A stretch of DNA of 64,000 nt from Oligoflexales bacterium (GCA_947479535.1 CANJZQ010000004.1:14179-78178), one strand, 5' to 3'; numbered from the stretch's first letter, positions 20,255-29,958 are shown. Notes: a model not told the origin generated them from the sequence alone. Numbers and translations: made by a program.

Positions 20255-20998
20255 TTACGGGCAATCGGTTTTCATTGGCCGCGCTGCCTCCAAAACTTTC
20301 CCGGTGGCAAGGTTCACGTAGGCAATTCCACCTTCTCCACAGGATTGCCCGTAAATCAGGGCCCAAGGACTCACTTTCATCACGGGATCTGCAGGATTCA
20401 TGACGGATGCTCCAAGCAGAACTTCAAACTTGGGATTGACCGCCTTCAGCTTTTTTACAGCTTCTGAAATCGAGATCTTGATCCCGTATGAAGTGTTGAC
20501 TCCACCAAATCCGCCCAAGGATTTTTCCATGTTTTCTGTTCCGTTGACACTCGATGCGACATCGGTCGCCCATTTTGGACCAGCGCTTATTGAATTTGTG
20601 CATGCGGTTGGGCTGGCGGGCGAGGGGTCGATTGTATACATGGCGTACGGGCGTTGTTCTCTGGTCTGTTCGTCTGGATTGGCGAACACAACACGGACGC
20701 CAAATGCACCCGCGCATGGCCCGGATTCCACTGAATTATCAAACATCAGCATGTGGAAAAGTGCCCTGCCACCAAAAATCGCGACAGCATCCTTGCGCGC
20801 GACTGCGACGAGCCTCGTTATCATCGCAGGTGTGAGTTTCTCCAGTGAGAGGACTGGAATGTCGTCCTGATTGGAGTGAGCGCTATCGGCCTTGATTGCA
20901 CTACTGTCATTTGATCCTGTCGTTTTGCACCCGGCGGCAAGAAGTGCGGTTACCAACGTGCAGGCGAAGGCGCAACGCGTCAGGCTTGGCTTTATCAT
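20255..20998 (-). CDS. Lipoprotein, hypothetical (247 aa)
   Basis: Lipobox LLAAGC. It is the last gene of the TldD/E-containing strand run. Confidence 0.55.
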   Translation of the reverse strand: MIKPSLTRCAFACTLVTALLAAGCKTTGSNDSSAIKADSAHSNQDDIPVLSLEKLTPAMITRLVAVARKDAVAIFGGRALFHMLMFDNSVESGPCAGAFGVRVVFANPDEQTREQRPYAMYTIDPSPASPTACTNSISAGPKWATDVASSVNGTENMEKSLGGFGGVNTSYGIKISISEAVKKLKAVNPKFEVLLGASVMNPADPVMKVSPWALIYGQSCGEGGIAYVNLATGKVLEAARPMKTDCP

Positions 20999-21049
20999 CG
21001 ATGGGTCCTCTTTTGGTTTCTCTGATTTTTTTTCTGTTGTATTTTTTAC

Positions 21050-22471
21050 TCAACCGCCGGTGACCGAGATTCCATCGACGAGGAGCCAGGGGGACGTGAA
21101 TGATCCGCCGACGGCTTCGGTTTCCAGGGACGCGGCTTCGATCTTTTTTGCAAACTCAAAGAAATTCCCAGCAATCATGGTTTCCGTGACGGCACCGGAA
21201 TCCTTGCCGTCGACGTAAAGCCGGCTGGACTTGGCCACGCCGCTGAAATCGCCCTTGATGGCGTCAGTGTTGCCGGAGAAACGGTCGACCAGAAGGATTT
21301 CTCGGCGGGAACGCAGTAGGTCCGCAAGCAAGGAACCTCCCGGTGCCAAAGACATTCCAAACGGACCGCCCGACATATGGTTGGATGTCGTATGGCAGCG
21401 CTTTGCGGAATAACAGTCGTGCAGGTGCATGCATAGTTTTCCGCTGTCAAAAATCACGTGATCACGCGTCGGCATTCCGTCACCGTCAAACGTCGTGACT
21501 CCGGCAAACGCTGGATTGTGGGGCTGGTCTCTCAGGGTTATCACGGGACTGACCACACGATTTCCCACCTCTTCGTGCCAACGGCTTTTGCCATCCATTA
21601 CGGCAGATCCAGACGCATGATAAAGCATAAATCCAGTCAGCAATTCCTCTACGGCACGCGGGCTGAAGACGACGAGACCCTTGTATGAGTTGGCTTTGCG
21701 CGGATGCAGGTTGCCAGTCACTTTGGCGGCGAAACTTTCGGCCGTTGCCATCAGGCGCTCGGCTGTGTCGCCGGTCTTCCAGGCGAAACCCGAGTCATAA
21801 TCAAAACCAGATACCGCATCGCCGTCGACACCCATACCAAAAAAAGACCAGCCAATCATGGTCTGTAATTCAGATTGGGCAACGCCTAGCGAATTGTAGA
21901 TGGCGTGAAAGCTCGTCGATACGCTCATTTCAAATTTGTCGATCGCGACCCGCTTGTCCTGGGTGGCTCGTGCCAAAGCCTGACCCATCAGCTCTTGAAT
22001 TTCGGCGAGCGTCGTGTCTGCCGTCCGTTCATCAAACATGAAATCGAGGGGTTTGGCCTTTGGGGCGGCAGCCACGTCTGGCATGTTGAGTGCGGGATCG
22101 GCGACGGAAAAAGAAGCCAGCGCCAAAGCGTCTTCAACTCCTTTTCGAATGGATTCAGGACGAACGATATTTGTGGTGGCGCTGCCTTTTTTCTGGTCCT
22201 TGTGGACGAGAAGGCTGAATTTTTGGTCTTCCAGGCTGTTGGCCAGGGAAACCTCCTTGTTTTCAACCACAAGGCGGCGCGTGATGCTGCCGGACGTCCC
22301 AACCTTGATCCGGTCTGCGCCCTTCTTTATTCCATGTTCCAGGATCTCATGGGCCAGAGTTTCCATTTCAGCGGCGGTCTTGCGCAGGGCAGCAGCGGTG
22401 TCGCCTGTTGGTTGTTTCGTTGCTCCGGACTGGTTTCCAGATCGTATTCCAGATTTCACGTCAGGCTTCAT
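21050..22471 (-). CDS. pmbA: PmbA/TldE-family protein (non-catalytic partner of TldD)
   Basis: Length and TldD/PmbA-family pattern without an HExxxH motif. Has a 4-nt overlap with the upstream TldD-like gene. Confidence 0.7.
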   Translation of the reverse strand: MKPDVKSGIRSGNQSGATKQPTGDTAAALRKTAAEMETLAHEILEHGIKKGADRIKVGTSGSITRRLVVENKEVSLANSLEDQKFSLLVHKDQKKGSATTNIVRPESIRKGVEDALALASFSVADPALNMPDVAAAPKAKPLDFMFDERTADTTLAEIQELMGQALARATQDKRVAIDKFEMSVSTSFHAIYNSLGVAQSELQTMIGWSFFGMGVDGDAVSGFDYDSGFAWKTGDTAERLMATAESFAAKVTGNLHPRKANSYKGLVVFSPRAVEELLTGFMLYHASGSAVMDGKSRWHEEVGNRVVSPVITLRDQPHNPAFAGVTTFDGDGMPTRDHVIFDSGKLCMHLHDCYSAKRCHTTSNHMSGGPFGMSLAPGGSLLADLLRSRREILLVDRFSGNTDAIKGDFSGVAKSSRLYVDGKDSGAVTETMIAGNFFEFAKKIEAASLETEAVGGSFTSPWLLVDGISVTGG

Positions 22472-23892
22472 CCTTGGCGTCCTCCAACGTTCATTTTGCA
22501 GCGGATGTAAGGTCCACCGGCATCAACTTTTGCGGGCTGACCCTTGCCGCAATATCCTGTGCCCAGATCCCAACGGAATTCACTGCTGACGGCATCAACC
22601 GTCTGCAAAACATCAAAGGCGATCCCTGATAAAGTGGCTTCGCGCAGGAGTTCTGTTTTCTTCCCGTCTTTGATTTGCCATACGTAACCAGTTCCAAACA
22701 TGAATTCGCCGTTGCTGTCTGCCTGTCCGCTGCCGGCACCTTCAACCAGGTAACCGTCGTCAATTTCGCTGATCATGTCGGCGAGCTTTGAAGTTCCCGG
22801 CTGCAGAAACGTGTTGCGCATCCGGATCAGGGGTTCGTCATTGAAGAGCCAGGCGCGCGCGTTGCCGGTTGGTGCGACGCCAAACTCGGCAGCGGATTCG
22901 CGATTGTGCAGGTAAGACACAAGTACACCGTCCTTGATGATGGTGGTGGTCTCTGTTTCGACGCCCTCGTCGTCAAAAGGCAAATTGCCGACCGCATAAC
23001 CCGCAATGGTCTCACAGCCTGTATCGGCCATTGTGACCAGCTTGGATGCGACGATGGTGCCGATCTTGCCTTGGGCCACGGAGCCTGTTTTCACAAAGTC
23101 GGCTTCCACCGTGTGGCCAATGGCTTCGTGGCATAGGAGGCCCACGACTGCAGGCGCCAGGATGACTGTTTTCTTCCCGCCATCGGGATGTTTTGCGGAC
23201 AGCAAGTCAACGGCCGTGCGGGCTGTTTCTTCGACCATGTTGTCCAAGGCCGGATGATTATAAAGGCAAGTCCAGCCGCCGGAAACGCCGGCTCCGCGGG
23301 AACTCGTTGCACGCTCACCGTCTTTTTCAGCGATGGCTGACATCGAAAATTCAGGCAGGGCGATTCGGGCACTGGCGGCAGCGCCATCGCTGGTGACGAT
23401 GATTTTTTCTTCGAGGAGCTCGTTGTAACGGCAGCGTGCCGTATGCAATGCCTTCGAAGATTTTGCCAACTGTCGTTCAAAGTTGATCACGGCGCCGAGT
23501 TTGTCGGCGATTGGCATGGCCAATAATTCTGCGAATCCGGGGCCAGTCCAGTCCACCACCGCCATTTTTCCTTTTTGCAAGTTCGCAACTTTTTTGCCGC
23601 GGCCTGCAACGATGGTAAGGGCATTGCGCCGCGCCTGCTCGATGGCACGAAGGACTGAGGCTTCATCAACGCGGGCCGTTGCAGCAAAGCCCCAAGCACC
23701 GTCGATCAGGGCGCGCACGCCGATCCCTTCGACCAGTGAATGATTCGCAACATCAACGCGGCCTCGCTGCGCCATAAAGGAATTGGATTGGCGTTTGTGG
23801 TAACGCAATTCAACGTAAGAGTTGTCCTGGGCGCTATTTTGCGCGACCAGCTTTTTAAGCATTTCTTTCACGATGTCTCCCCAAGGGTTCAT
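22468..23892 (-). CDS. tldD: TldD-family metalloprotease
   Basis: Contains the HExxxH motif in LLCHEAIGHTVEADF and a C-terminal GxC motif region. The start is set at ATG 23892; the longest ORF begins at 23952 and would overlap the upstream gene. Confidence 0.75.
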   Translation of the reverse strand: MNPWGDIVKEMLKKLVAQNSAQDNSYVELRYHKRQSNSFMAQRGRVDVANHSLVEGIGVRALIDGAWGFAATARVDEASVLRAIEQARRNALTIVAGRGKKVANLQKGKMAVVDWTGPGFAELLAMPIADKLGAVINFERQLAKSSKALHTARCRYNELLEEKIIVTSDGAAASARIALPEFSMSAIAEKDGERATSSRGAGVSGGWTCLYNHPALDNMVEETARTAVDLLSAKHPDGGKKTVILAPAVVGLLCHEAIGHTVEADFVKTGSVAQGKIGTIVASKLVTMADTGCETIAGYAVGNLPFDDEGVETETTTIIKDGVLVSYLHNRESAAEFGVAPTGNARAWLFNDEPLIRMRNTFLQPGTSKLADMISEIDDGYLVEGAGSGQADSNGEFMFGTGYVWQIKDGKKTELLREATLSGIAFDVLQTVDAVSSEFRWDLGTGYCGKGQPAKVDAGGPYIRCKMNVGGRQG

Positions 23893-23917
23893 TGGGTTAA
23901 TGGATGCCAAGTCCCTA

Positions 23918-26296
23918 TTATGGCACGGAGGCACCGCTGGTGCGCCGGGCATTTTGTTCCATCTGGTCGCGCACGGTATCGTTGTTTTGGCTGCTAACGC
24001 TGGCAGCGGCCTTCAACCAAAGTGCCTGGGCAACGGGGTTTGTCCCAGCGGGGGCTTCCTTTTCAGCAAGTTCCGCCAGGCTGCGGTACCACTCAAAGGC
24101 AAAGGCAGGCTCTCGCCGGATCAGGGCCTCGTCGAGTTTTTTATCAATTAAAACGGATACTTGTGATTGATTCTCGTCTGCCGCACGGCCTCTGATTCGA
24201 TTCCTCAAGCGCAAATAATCGACGATCCATGGCGTGCCCTCCCGGGATTCCTTGTTGTGGATGGTGCCCGTTGGAAGGGCAGACCAGCCTGCCAAATACC
24301 AACGCCACGGTTCGGCTGATTCGGGTGGCAAAATTTGCCCGAGGCGTTCACGAATCAAAATTTGCCGGGCCAGATGGATGGGTAATGGGTGGGAATCATG
24401 AAATGTAGCAAGGTCAGCCAAGTCTGGACTGGTTTGAATTTTTGATTCAGCAAAAGCAACAAGATCGAGTGCAAGGATTCTCATTTCGAGGTCTTCTTCG
24501 TGGCGCGGCGGCCAAGTGGGTTCCCCGTCACGGGGGTGATCCAATGTTTGGATGAGTTCTTCGCCAAGGGTTGCTGCCGCAGCACGATCGTTGGCAATAA
24601 ACGCGTCTTGAGCTTTTCTTCGCAGGATCATGAGGTGGTAGGTCGGGTCACCGGTAATTTTACCGATCCGTTCAAGTTCAATTGCGTCTGGGTTCGCAGC
24701 CATGCGATCGGCGAAGGAATGCGGGCATGCATCCAGGACGATTCCCTTGGAACGAAAGATTGTGCTGGCCCGGATTTTTTTTCTCAGTTCATTTTTTGCG
24801 ATGGACGAATTCTGTGAAATTTCCTGGTGCCACTGCGTGATCAGGTTTGTGGCGCTTTCTCCTGTTGATTCTTGCCAATTTTTTCCAGCATAGAGTTCCG
24901 TGACGGTTCGAATGCCATTAAAGCGCGGGGACTTTGCCAACCATCCAATGAGCGATCCGGCAACCGTATAGGCCCGTGGACCTGACTCCATCCAGAACGT
25001 CCAGGGACTGAAGAGCTGATCTGGATTTTTTAGACGCCCGGATGCCAGAAGTTCAGCAGCGCCTTCGTCCAGCGACATCACACTAAAAATATTTGCGTCT
25101 GGTGCAAAGGCCACAGCGAGGCCTTCCGTGATCGCCATGTTTGGATGGAATCCCAGTCCATGAAAGGCGACGCGCGACATCAGCGCGTGAACCAGTTCAT
25201 GCCGCAAGGTTGGGTGAGGCACGTGAGGCGGACTTGCGTAAGAAAGTTCATGGCTGGCGCGTCGTCCGCCGGCGGTGATGTGAACACCCGGCGTGACCAC
25301 ATCCGTGACGTCCGTGGCACCGCCTCCAAACCAAAGTTTTTTTAAACGTGCATCGGGATAAGCGTAGATGTCGATCATCGGATAATCGATTTTACCAAAG
25401 ATGTTTTTAAGGTCGCGGATGTGAAATGCAGCTTCGTCGGCAAGGCGCGAGGCGTCCTGGTCGTCCATGTCGTGAAAAAGCTGAAAACCAGATCCATCGA
25501 TGTGACCTGAAAACTGCCTTTGCAACAACCGGCTGCCATGTCCGGTGACGGGAGATCCCCACAGGATGAATGTGATGATGATGCAACCGGTGGTGAGTAG
25601 CCCGATCATGATTCTGCGTGCATGATTCAGAGACGTTTGTGTAGAGGTTTGCCATGCGCATGTGGCCAGGCCTGCTGCAGTGAACAGAAAGGCATGTCCC
25701 GCCCGTGCCAGGATGACATCGCGATGGAGCCAGATCCGTTCGTCGTAAATGGGGCCGTGCAAGAACCCGAGGAGGATGTGTACCGTTCGTTTTTGCGGCA
25801 TAAACCATAACGTGCCCGCGAGGACCGTCATCGATACGCCAACCATGGCAAGCCACAACAGGGACGCCCGCCAACCGGACCGCCCTGGGATTATCGATTT
25901 TGTTTTGAAAGACGTGCTGGCGATGATCGTCATGTTTCCAGCCGCGGCACTTAAAAGGCATGAAGGAAGGGCTTGCACCACGAGCCACTGACCATAACCA
26001 AGTTCACTGCACGGGCAGATTTTCAGGGCAAACATCGCAAATCCGGGCAAGGACAGTCCCCCGAATAGTGCGGCAACGGTTGCCAACCATTGAACCGGTG
26101 ATCCAATCCGTGAGGAGAAGTGAACGGCGATCAGTGGCCAACAAACCGCGACGATAGCTGCTGCCAAAGTCACATGCTCGTATTCAAGGTTGCGGCCCGA
26201 TGGGGTCAGCAAGGCAGTTGTTGCTGCTGCAACCCCAGTCAAAAAAGCGTGAAGGACCATGGCTATCTCAGAGAGACTGCAGGAATGACCAGGCAC
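23918..26296 (-). CDS. Polytopic membrane protein fused to an MA-clan (gluzincin-like) peptidase module and a helical-repeat C-terminal region
   Basis: About 250 aa of repeated hydrophobic segments, then RHELVHALMS ... AITEGLAVAF (HExxH plus a downstream EGxA). The C-terminal ~350 aa is helical. An alternative start lies at 26260. Confidence 0.55.
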   Translation of the reverse strand: MPGHSCSLSEIAMVLHAFLTGVAAATTALLTPSGRNLEYEHVTLAAAIVAVCWPLIAVHFSSRIGSPVQWLATVAALFGGLSLPGFAMFALKICPCSELGYGQWLVVQALPSCLLSAAAGNMTIIASTSFKTKSIIPGRSGWRASLLWLAMVGVSMTVLAGTLWFMPQKRTVHILLGFLHGPIYDERIWLHRDVILARAGHAFLFTAAGLATCAWQTSTQTSLNHARRIMIGLLTTGCIIITFILWGSPVTGHGSRLLQRQFSGHIDGSGFQLFHDMDDQDASRLADEAAFHIRDLKNIFGKIDYPMIDIYAYPDARLKKLWFGGGATDVTDVVTPGVHITAGGRRASHELSYASPPHVPHPTLRHELVHALMSRVAFHGLGFHPNMAITEGLAVAFAPDANIFSVMSLDEGAAELLASGRLKNPDQLFSPWTFWMESGPRAYTVAGSLIGWLAKSPRFNGIRTVTELYAGKNWQESTGESATNLITQWHQEISQNSSIAKNELRKKIRASTIFRSKGIVLDACPHSFADRMAANPDAIELERIGKITGDPTYHLMILRRKAQDAFIANDRAAAATLGEELIQTLDHPRDGEPTWPPRHEEDLEMRILALDLVAFAESKIQTSPDLADLATFHDSHPLPIHLARQILIRERLGQILPPESAEPWRWYLAGWSALPTGTIHNKESREGTPWIVDYLRLRNRIRGRAADENQSQVSVLIDKKLDEALIRREPAFAFEWYRSLAELAEKEAPAGTNPVAQALWLKAAASVSSQNNDTVRDQMEQNARRTSGASVP

Positions 26297-26762
26297 GCGA
26301 CCCCTGGCGGCTCATCGCCATCAAGTCGCGGCGGTGGCGCGTGATCGTCGTGGAAATCCTGTGGGTTTGGCTTGAATTTGTCCCTTCGCTGCCGTGTGCC
26401 CGGGCCTCTGCGCGCATGCCCTCGATGACCCGGCCGGCATCGAACAGCAGGCGCATGACCCGCATGGTCACCAGACACTCGCTGGACTGCAGAGGCTCAT
26501 CGTCATGAGTGGCTGCATTTGGTGCAGGACGTGAATGGTTTTCGGCAGCCCGATAGTCGGTCACGCATTCGGCGAGGGCGTCATCTTTCAGGATCCGGCT
26601 GACGAAGGCCAGGTGGTCAACGCGCCGGAGGATGGTGCTGATGGCTTCGCTTTTATAGACGCTCGCACGGTAGTACGCCGTCTGCTGGCGGATGTCGTCC
26701 AGGATATCCGTGGCAAGGTCTGCAATTTCGACCATGAAGTCGCCATAGCGCAGATGTGACAT
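26268..26762 (-). CDS. Hypothetical 164-aa protein (acidic helical N-terminal part, basic Ser/Thr/Arg-rich tail)
   Basis: ORF within a tight same-strand gene run. I recognise no motif. Confidence 0.4.
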   Translation of the reverse strand: MSHLRYGDFMVEIADLATDILDDIRQQTAYYRASVYKSEAISTILRRVDHLAFVSRILKDDALAECVTDYRAAENHSRPAPNAATHDDEPLQSSECLVTMRVMRLLFDAGRVIEGMRAEARAHGSEGTNSSQTHRISTTITRHRRDLMAMSRQGSRAWSFLQSL

Positions 26763-26781
26763 GCGGTCCTCCTGCCTGGAA

Positions 26782-27411
26782 TTACCAGGTCATTGTTACA
26801 TCAGCATCCGGGTTCGTGAATTGGACCTGCAATTGATTGCCTGCCGCCATCTCTGGACTGTCTGTCGAGCGCGACGGGGTATCAAAAACCACCATGTACT
26901 CAGCAGACCACCGGTTGACCCCTGGAAAGAAATTCTTCCAGCGATCCTTGTCGGCAAGGCGACGGACGAAAGCTGGGCGCAGGGGTTTTTCTGCCGACGT
27001 CAGCTGGATGGTCCAATGATCCTGGTCGGCGAGGTCGTCGACCCTGGAATCTGGTGAGAACAAAGTGACAAAAAAAGCGCTTTTGCCAGAGGATTCCTCG
27101 AGGAAATGCATTTTGTTTTTCGTGAAACGTTCGGCGCGGCGTGCGAAGGCTGAGCGGAAGTCCGGCGAAAGATAGGTGGCTTCAATGGTGTATTTGGTTT
27201 CAAAATCCCTGCTGACTGATGTGGAACGTGATGCCTTGCGCAAGGCATTTTCGTAGTCGTCATCCTGTTCAATGGTCGGCAGCATTTCAACCTTGGTTTT
27301 CGCGGCAGATCCGGTAACGCATCCTGTGCCAAGCAGGGGAATGAATGCGACACAGACGGTGAACATGACGCGTCGTGAATTTGAATTCTTTTTCATTAGC
27401 CCCTCTTTCAT
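26782..27411 (-). CDS. Lipoprotein, hypothetical (209 aa)
   Basis: Lipobox LLGTGC. Lies 12 nt downstream of the FHA-GGDEF gene. Confidence 0.5.
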   Translation of the reverse strand: MKEGLMKKNSNSRRVMFTVCVAFIPLLGTGCVTGSAAKTKVEMLPTIEQDDDYENALRKASRSTSVSRDFETKYTIEATYLSPDFRSAFARRAERFTKNKMHFLEESSGKSAFFVTLFSPDSRVDDLADQDHWTIQLTSAEKPLRPAFVRRLADKDRWKNFFPGVNRWSAEYMVVFDTPSRSTDSPEMAAGNQLQVQFTNPDADVTMTW

Positions 27412-27423
27412 GAATTTTCCTGC

Positions 27424-28326
27424 TCAGGTCGCAGATGTAACCCGGTTGCGTCCACCTTGTTTGGATTGGTAAAGCCTCTGGTCTGCGACCTCTAGAAAGT
27501 CAGTTGCCAGGTCGTGACTGGCAGCAAGTTCTGCAACGCCCAGGGACAGGGTTTGGTGGTGTTGCAGCTGTTGCCCCTTTTCGTTGGTCACCATGAATGG
27601 ATGGGAATCGACGGCCGCGCGGATCCTCTCGGCAAGTTCAGTGGCCTTTTTAACCGGCGTGTTGGGCAGGATGATCAAGAATTCCTCGCCACCGAATCTT
27701 CCGAAGATGTCGTCCTTGCGGACCACATTTTTAACGACGTTGGCCGTCTCTCGCAAAATATGATCGCCGGCATTGTGCCCGTATGTGTCGTTCACTTTTT
27801 TGAAGAAATCCAAATCGAATGAAATGAGAGACAGGGTCCGTGTGCTGCTGCGGCTGAATTTGATCTCAGCGTCCAGGTTGTCCAGTAAATAACGCTTGTT
27901 GAAAATTTGCGTGCCTGCATCAACAACCGAGCGGCTCCAACCTTCGTCCTCGCAAATGGTTTCGAGGTCTTCGTAAGCATTGAATCGCATCAGAACATTT
28001 CCAAACCGGACGTGGTCCCGGTGCTTGATGGCGAATGGTCCGGTTAACTTCTGGTCGTTGACGAAAGTGCCGTTCGAACTGCCAAGGTCTTCGACTTCAG
28101 CCAAGTCCCCGTTGATGATGATTCTTGCGTGCTTGCGAGAAACGCTAGGTTCCTGGATGACGACCGTGCAATCGGTTGCACGCCCGATGGTGGATTCAGC
28201 CGGGGTCAGGGGATGGCGCTTGAAGACGTCGCCGTGCAATCGCGTCAGGCTCGCGCTATTGCGCTTGGGCGAACTGAATAGGTTCATCGAACCTGGGGTT
28301 GCGATGATTGTTTTGTCGTTCGTCAT
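27424..28326 (-). CDS. FHA domain-containing diguanylate cyclase (FHA-GGDEF)
   Basis: FHA motifs are GRATDC...SVSRKHARI...SSNGTFVN. The GGDEF domain has the active site GGEEF and an RxxD I-site (RKDD) five residues upstream. Confidence 0.85.
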   Translation of the reverse strand: MTNDKTIIATPGSMNLFSSPKRNSASLTRLHGDVFKRHPLTPAESTIGRATDCTVVIQEPSVSRKHARIIINGDLAEVEDLGSSNGTFVNDQKLTGPFAIKHRDHVRFGNVLMRFNAYEDLETICEDEGWSRSVVDAGTQIFNKRYLLDNLDAEIKFSRSSTRTLSLISFDLDFFKKVNDTYGHNAGDHILRETANVVKNVVRKDDIFGRFGGEEFLIILPNTPVKKATELAERIRAAVDSHPFMVTNEKGQQLQHHQTLSLGVAELAASHDLATDFLEVADQRLYQSKQGGRNRVTSAT

Positions 28327-28557
28327 GGTGCGCTTTCAGGCATTTATCTGGCGTTTATTTTCGCTTCAATCGTCCGGAACTGTCTGATTTCTAAATGATA
28401 TCACCGGATGGGCCGGGTCAGGATAGCCCACCTCTGAACCTTCCTGGGCCGGAGGGGTTTGGATTCGCTCCAAGTGCCTGAAAACTACCGAAAAGTGCTT
28501 TCTTTTTGCGGGTTGCCTGAATACCATCCCTGGATTCGTTACCTCTGGAGAAGTCCA

Positions 28558-29958
28558 ATGAAATTGACTGTGGTTGGTTCTGGATACGTTGGTCTTGTTA
28601 CTGGCGTCTGTTTTGCCGAGGTCGGGCATGATGTCATATGTGTCGATACCGACGCCTCCAAGATTGCGATGCTGCGTGACAATGTCCCGCCAATTTACGA
28701 GCCGGGCCTCGACGAATTGTTGAAACGCAACGCCGGGCATGAACGTTTGCAATTCACAACCAAGCTTTCGGAGGCCATCACTGGTTCTTCCGCGGTATTC
28801 ATCGCGGTGGGAACACCTGAAGGCGAAGATGGTTCTTCAGACCTGCGTTACGTTAAAGCTGTTGCTGCTGAAATTGGTAAATTGGTTGACGGTCCACTTT
28901 TGGTTGTGGTGAAGTCCACGGTTCCCGTTGGCACTTGCGACATGGTTGCAGCCACAATCGACGCAGAGCTTTTGAGGCGTTTTCCTGCTGGGTCAAATGG
29001 GTCAGCCAACGCAAAGCCTTGGGTGCGGGTTGCTTCCAATCCTGAATTTTTGAAAGAAGGCACAGCCATTGAGGACTTCATGAAGCCGGACCGTATTGTC
29101 ACCGGTGTCACGGATCCTGAGTCGGCTGCGATTTTTCAAGAAATGTACGCCCCCTTCATTCAAGACGACCCATCGCGCCTGCAGGTCATGGAACTGCGTT
29201 CCAGTGAAATGACCAAATATGCGGCAAATGCGATGCTGGCGACGCGGATCAGTTTTATGAACGAGCTTTCCCGCTTGTGTGAACTGGTGGGTTCAAATGT
29301 TGACGATGTCCGGCGCGGCATGGGATCGGATCCGCGCATTGGCAAAAAGTTTCTCTACGCAGGGCCTGGATATGGTGGTTCATGCTTTCCAAAAGACGTT
29401 GAGGCTCTGCTCAGCACAGCACGCCAAAATGATTGCGAACTAACCGTTCTCAAGGCCGTTAGCCACACGAATAAACTTCAGAAGATGCACGTGGCGCGAA
29501 AGATCCACGGTCATTTCGGCGGCGACCTCAAGGGGCGCAAGATTGCGATTTGGGGGCTTGCGTTCAAACCGGGGACGGACGATGTGCGTGAGGCCCCGGC
29601 TCTGACGATCCTTGCAGCTCTCGTCAACTGGGGGGCTGAAGTCGTTGCCCACGATCCGGTTGCAAGTAAAACCTTCGCGCGGGCCTGGGATCAGTCCGGG
29701 ATGAAGGCGTCGCAGATATCCTACGTCGATGAGGCGTATGAGGCACTTGACGGTGCCGATGCTCTGGTTCTGTTGACAGAGTGGCCCGAGTACAAACGCC
29801 CTTCTTGGTCGCGCATTCGCAGTTTGCTGCGCAAGCCAGTCGTGTTTGACCTGCGCAATCAATATCCTTTCAAGTCTTTGGCCGAGGCAGGGTTTCACTA
29901 CGAGTGCGTCGGGCGTCCTGATTCCCGGAGCAAATCCGGCCTCGAGGGACAAAAGTGA
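28558..29958 (+). CDS. ugd: UDP-glucose 6-dehydrogenase
   Basis: Contains MKLTVVGSGYVGLVTG (NAD-binding fold) and the catalytic GYGGSCFPKD. The start is preceded by GGAG; the longest ORF begins at 28459. Confidence 0.9.
   Translation: MKLTVVGSGYVGLVTGVCFAEVGHDVICVDTDASKIAMLRDNVPPIYEPGLDELLKRNAGHERLQFTTKLSEAITGSSAVFIAVGTPEGEDGSSDLRYVKAVAAEIGKLVDGPLLVVVKSTVPVGTCDMVAATIDAELLRRFPAGSNGSANAKPWVRVASNPEFLKEGTAIEDFMKPDRIVTGVTDPESAAIFQEMYAPFIQDDPSRLQVMELRSSEMTKYAANAMLATRISFMNELSRLCELVGSNVDDVRRGMGSDPRIGKKFLYAGPGYGGSCFPKDVEALLSTARQNDCELTVLKAVSHTNKLQKMHVARKIHGHFGGDLKGRKIAIWGLAFKPGTDDVREAPALTILAALVNWGAEVVAHDPVASKTFARAWDQSGMKASQISYVDEAYEALDGADALVLLTEWPEYKRPSWSRIRSLLRKPVVFDLRNQYPFKSLAEAGFHYECVGRPDSRSKSGLEGQK

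Noticed and set aside
28327-28557. 231-bp divergent intergenic region between the FHA-GGDEF gene and ugd, considered for a c-di-GMP riboswitch
   Set aside because: I could see only short GC hairpins (gggc...gccc) and could not recognise the conserved GEMM features by eye. A covariance-model scan would be needed, so no call is made.
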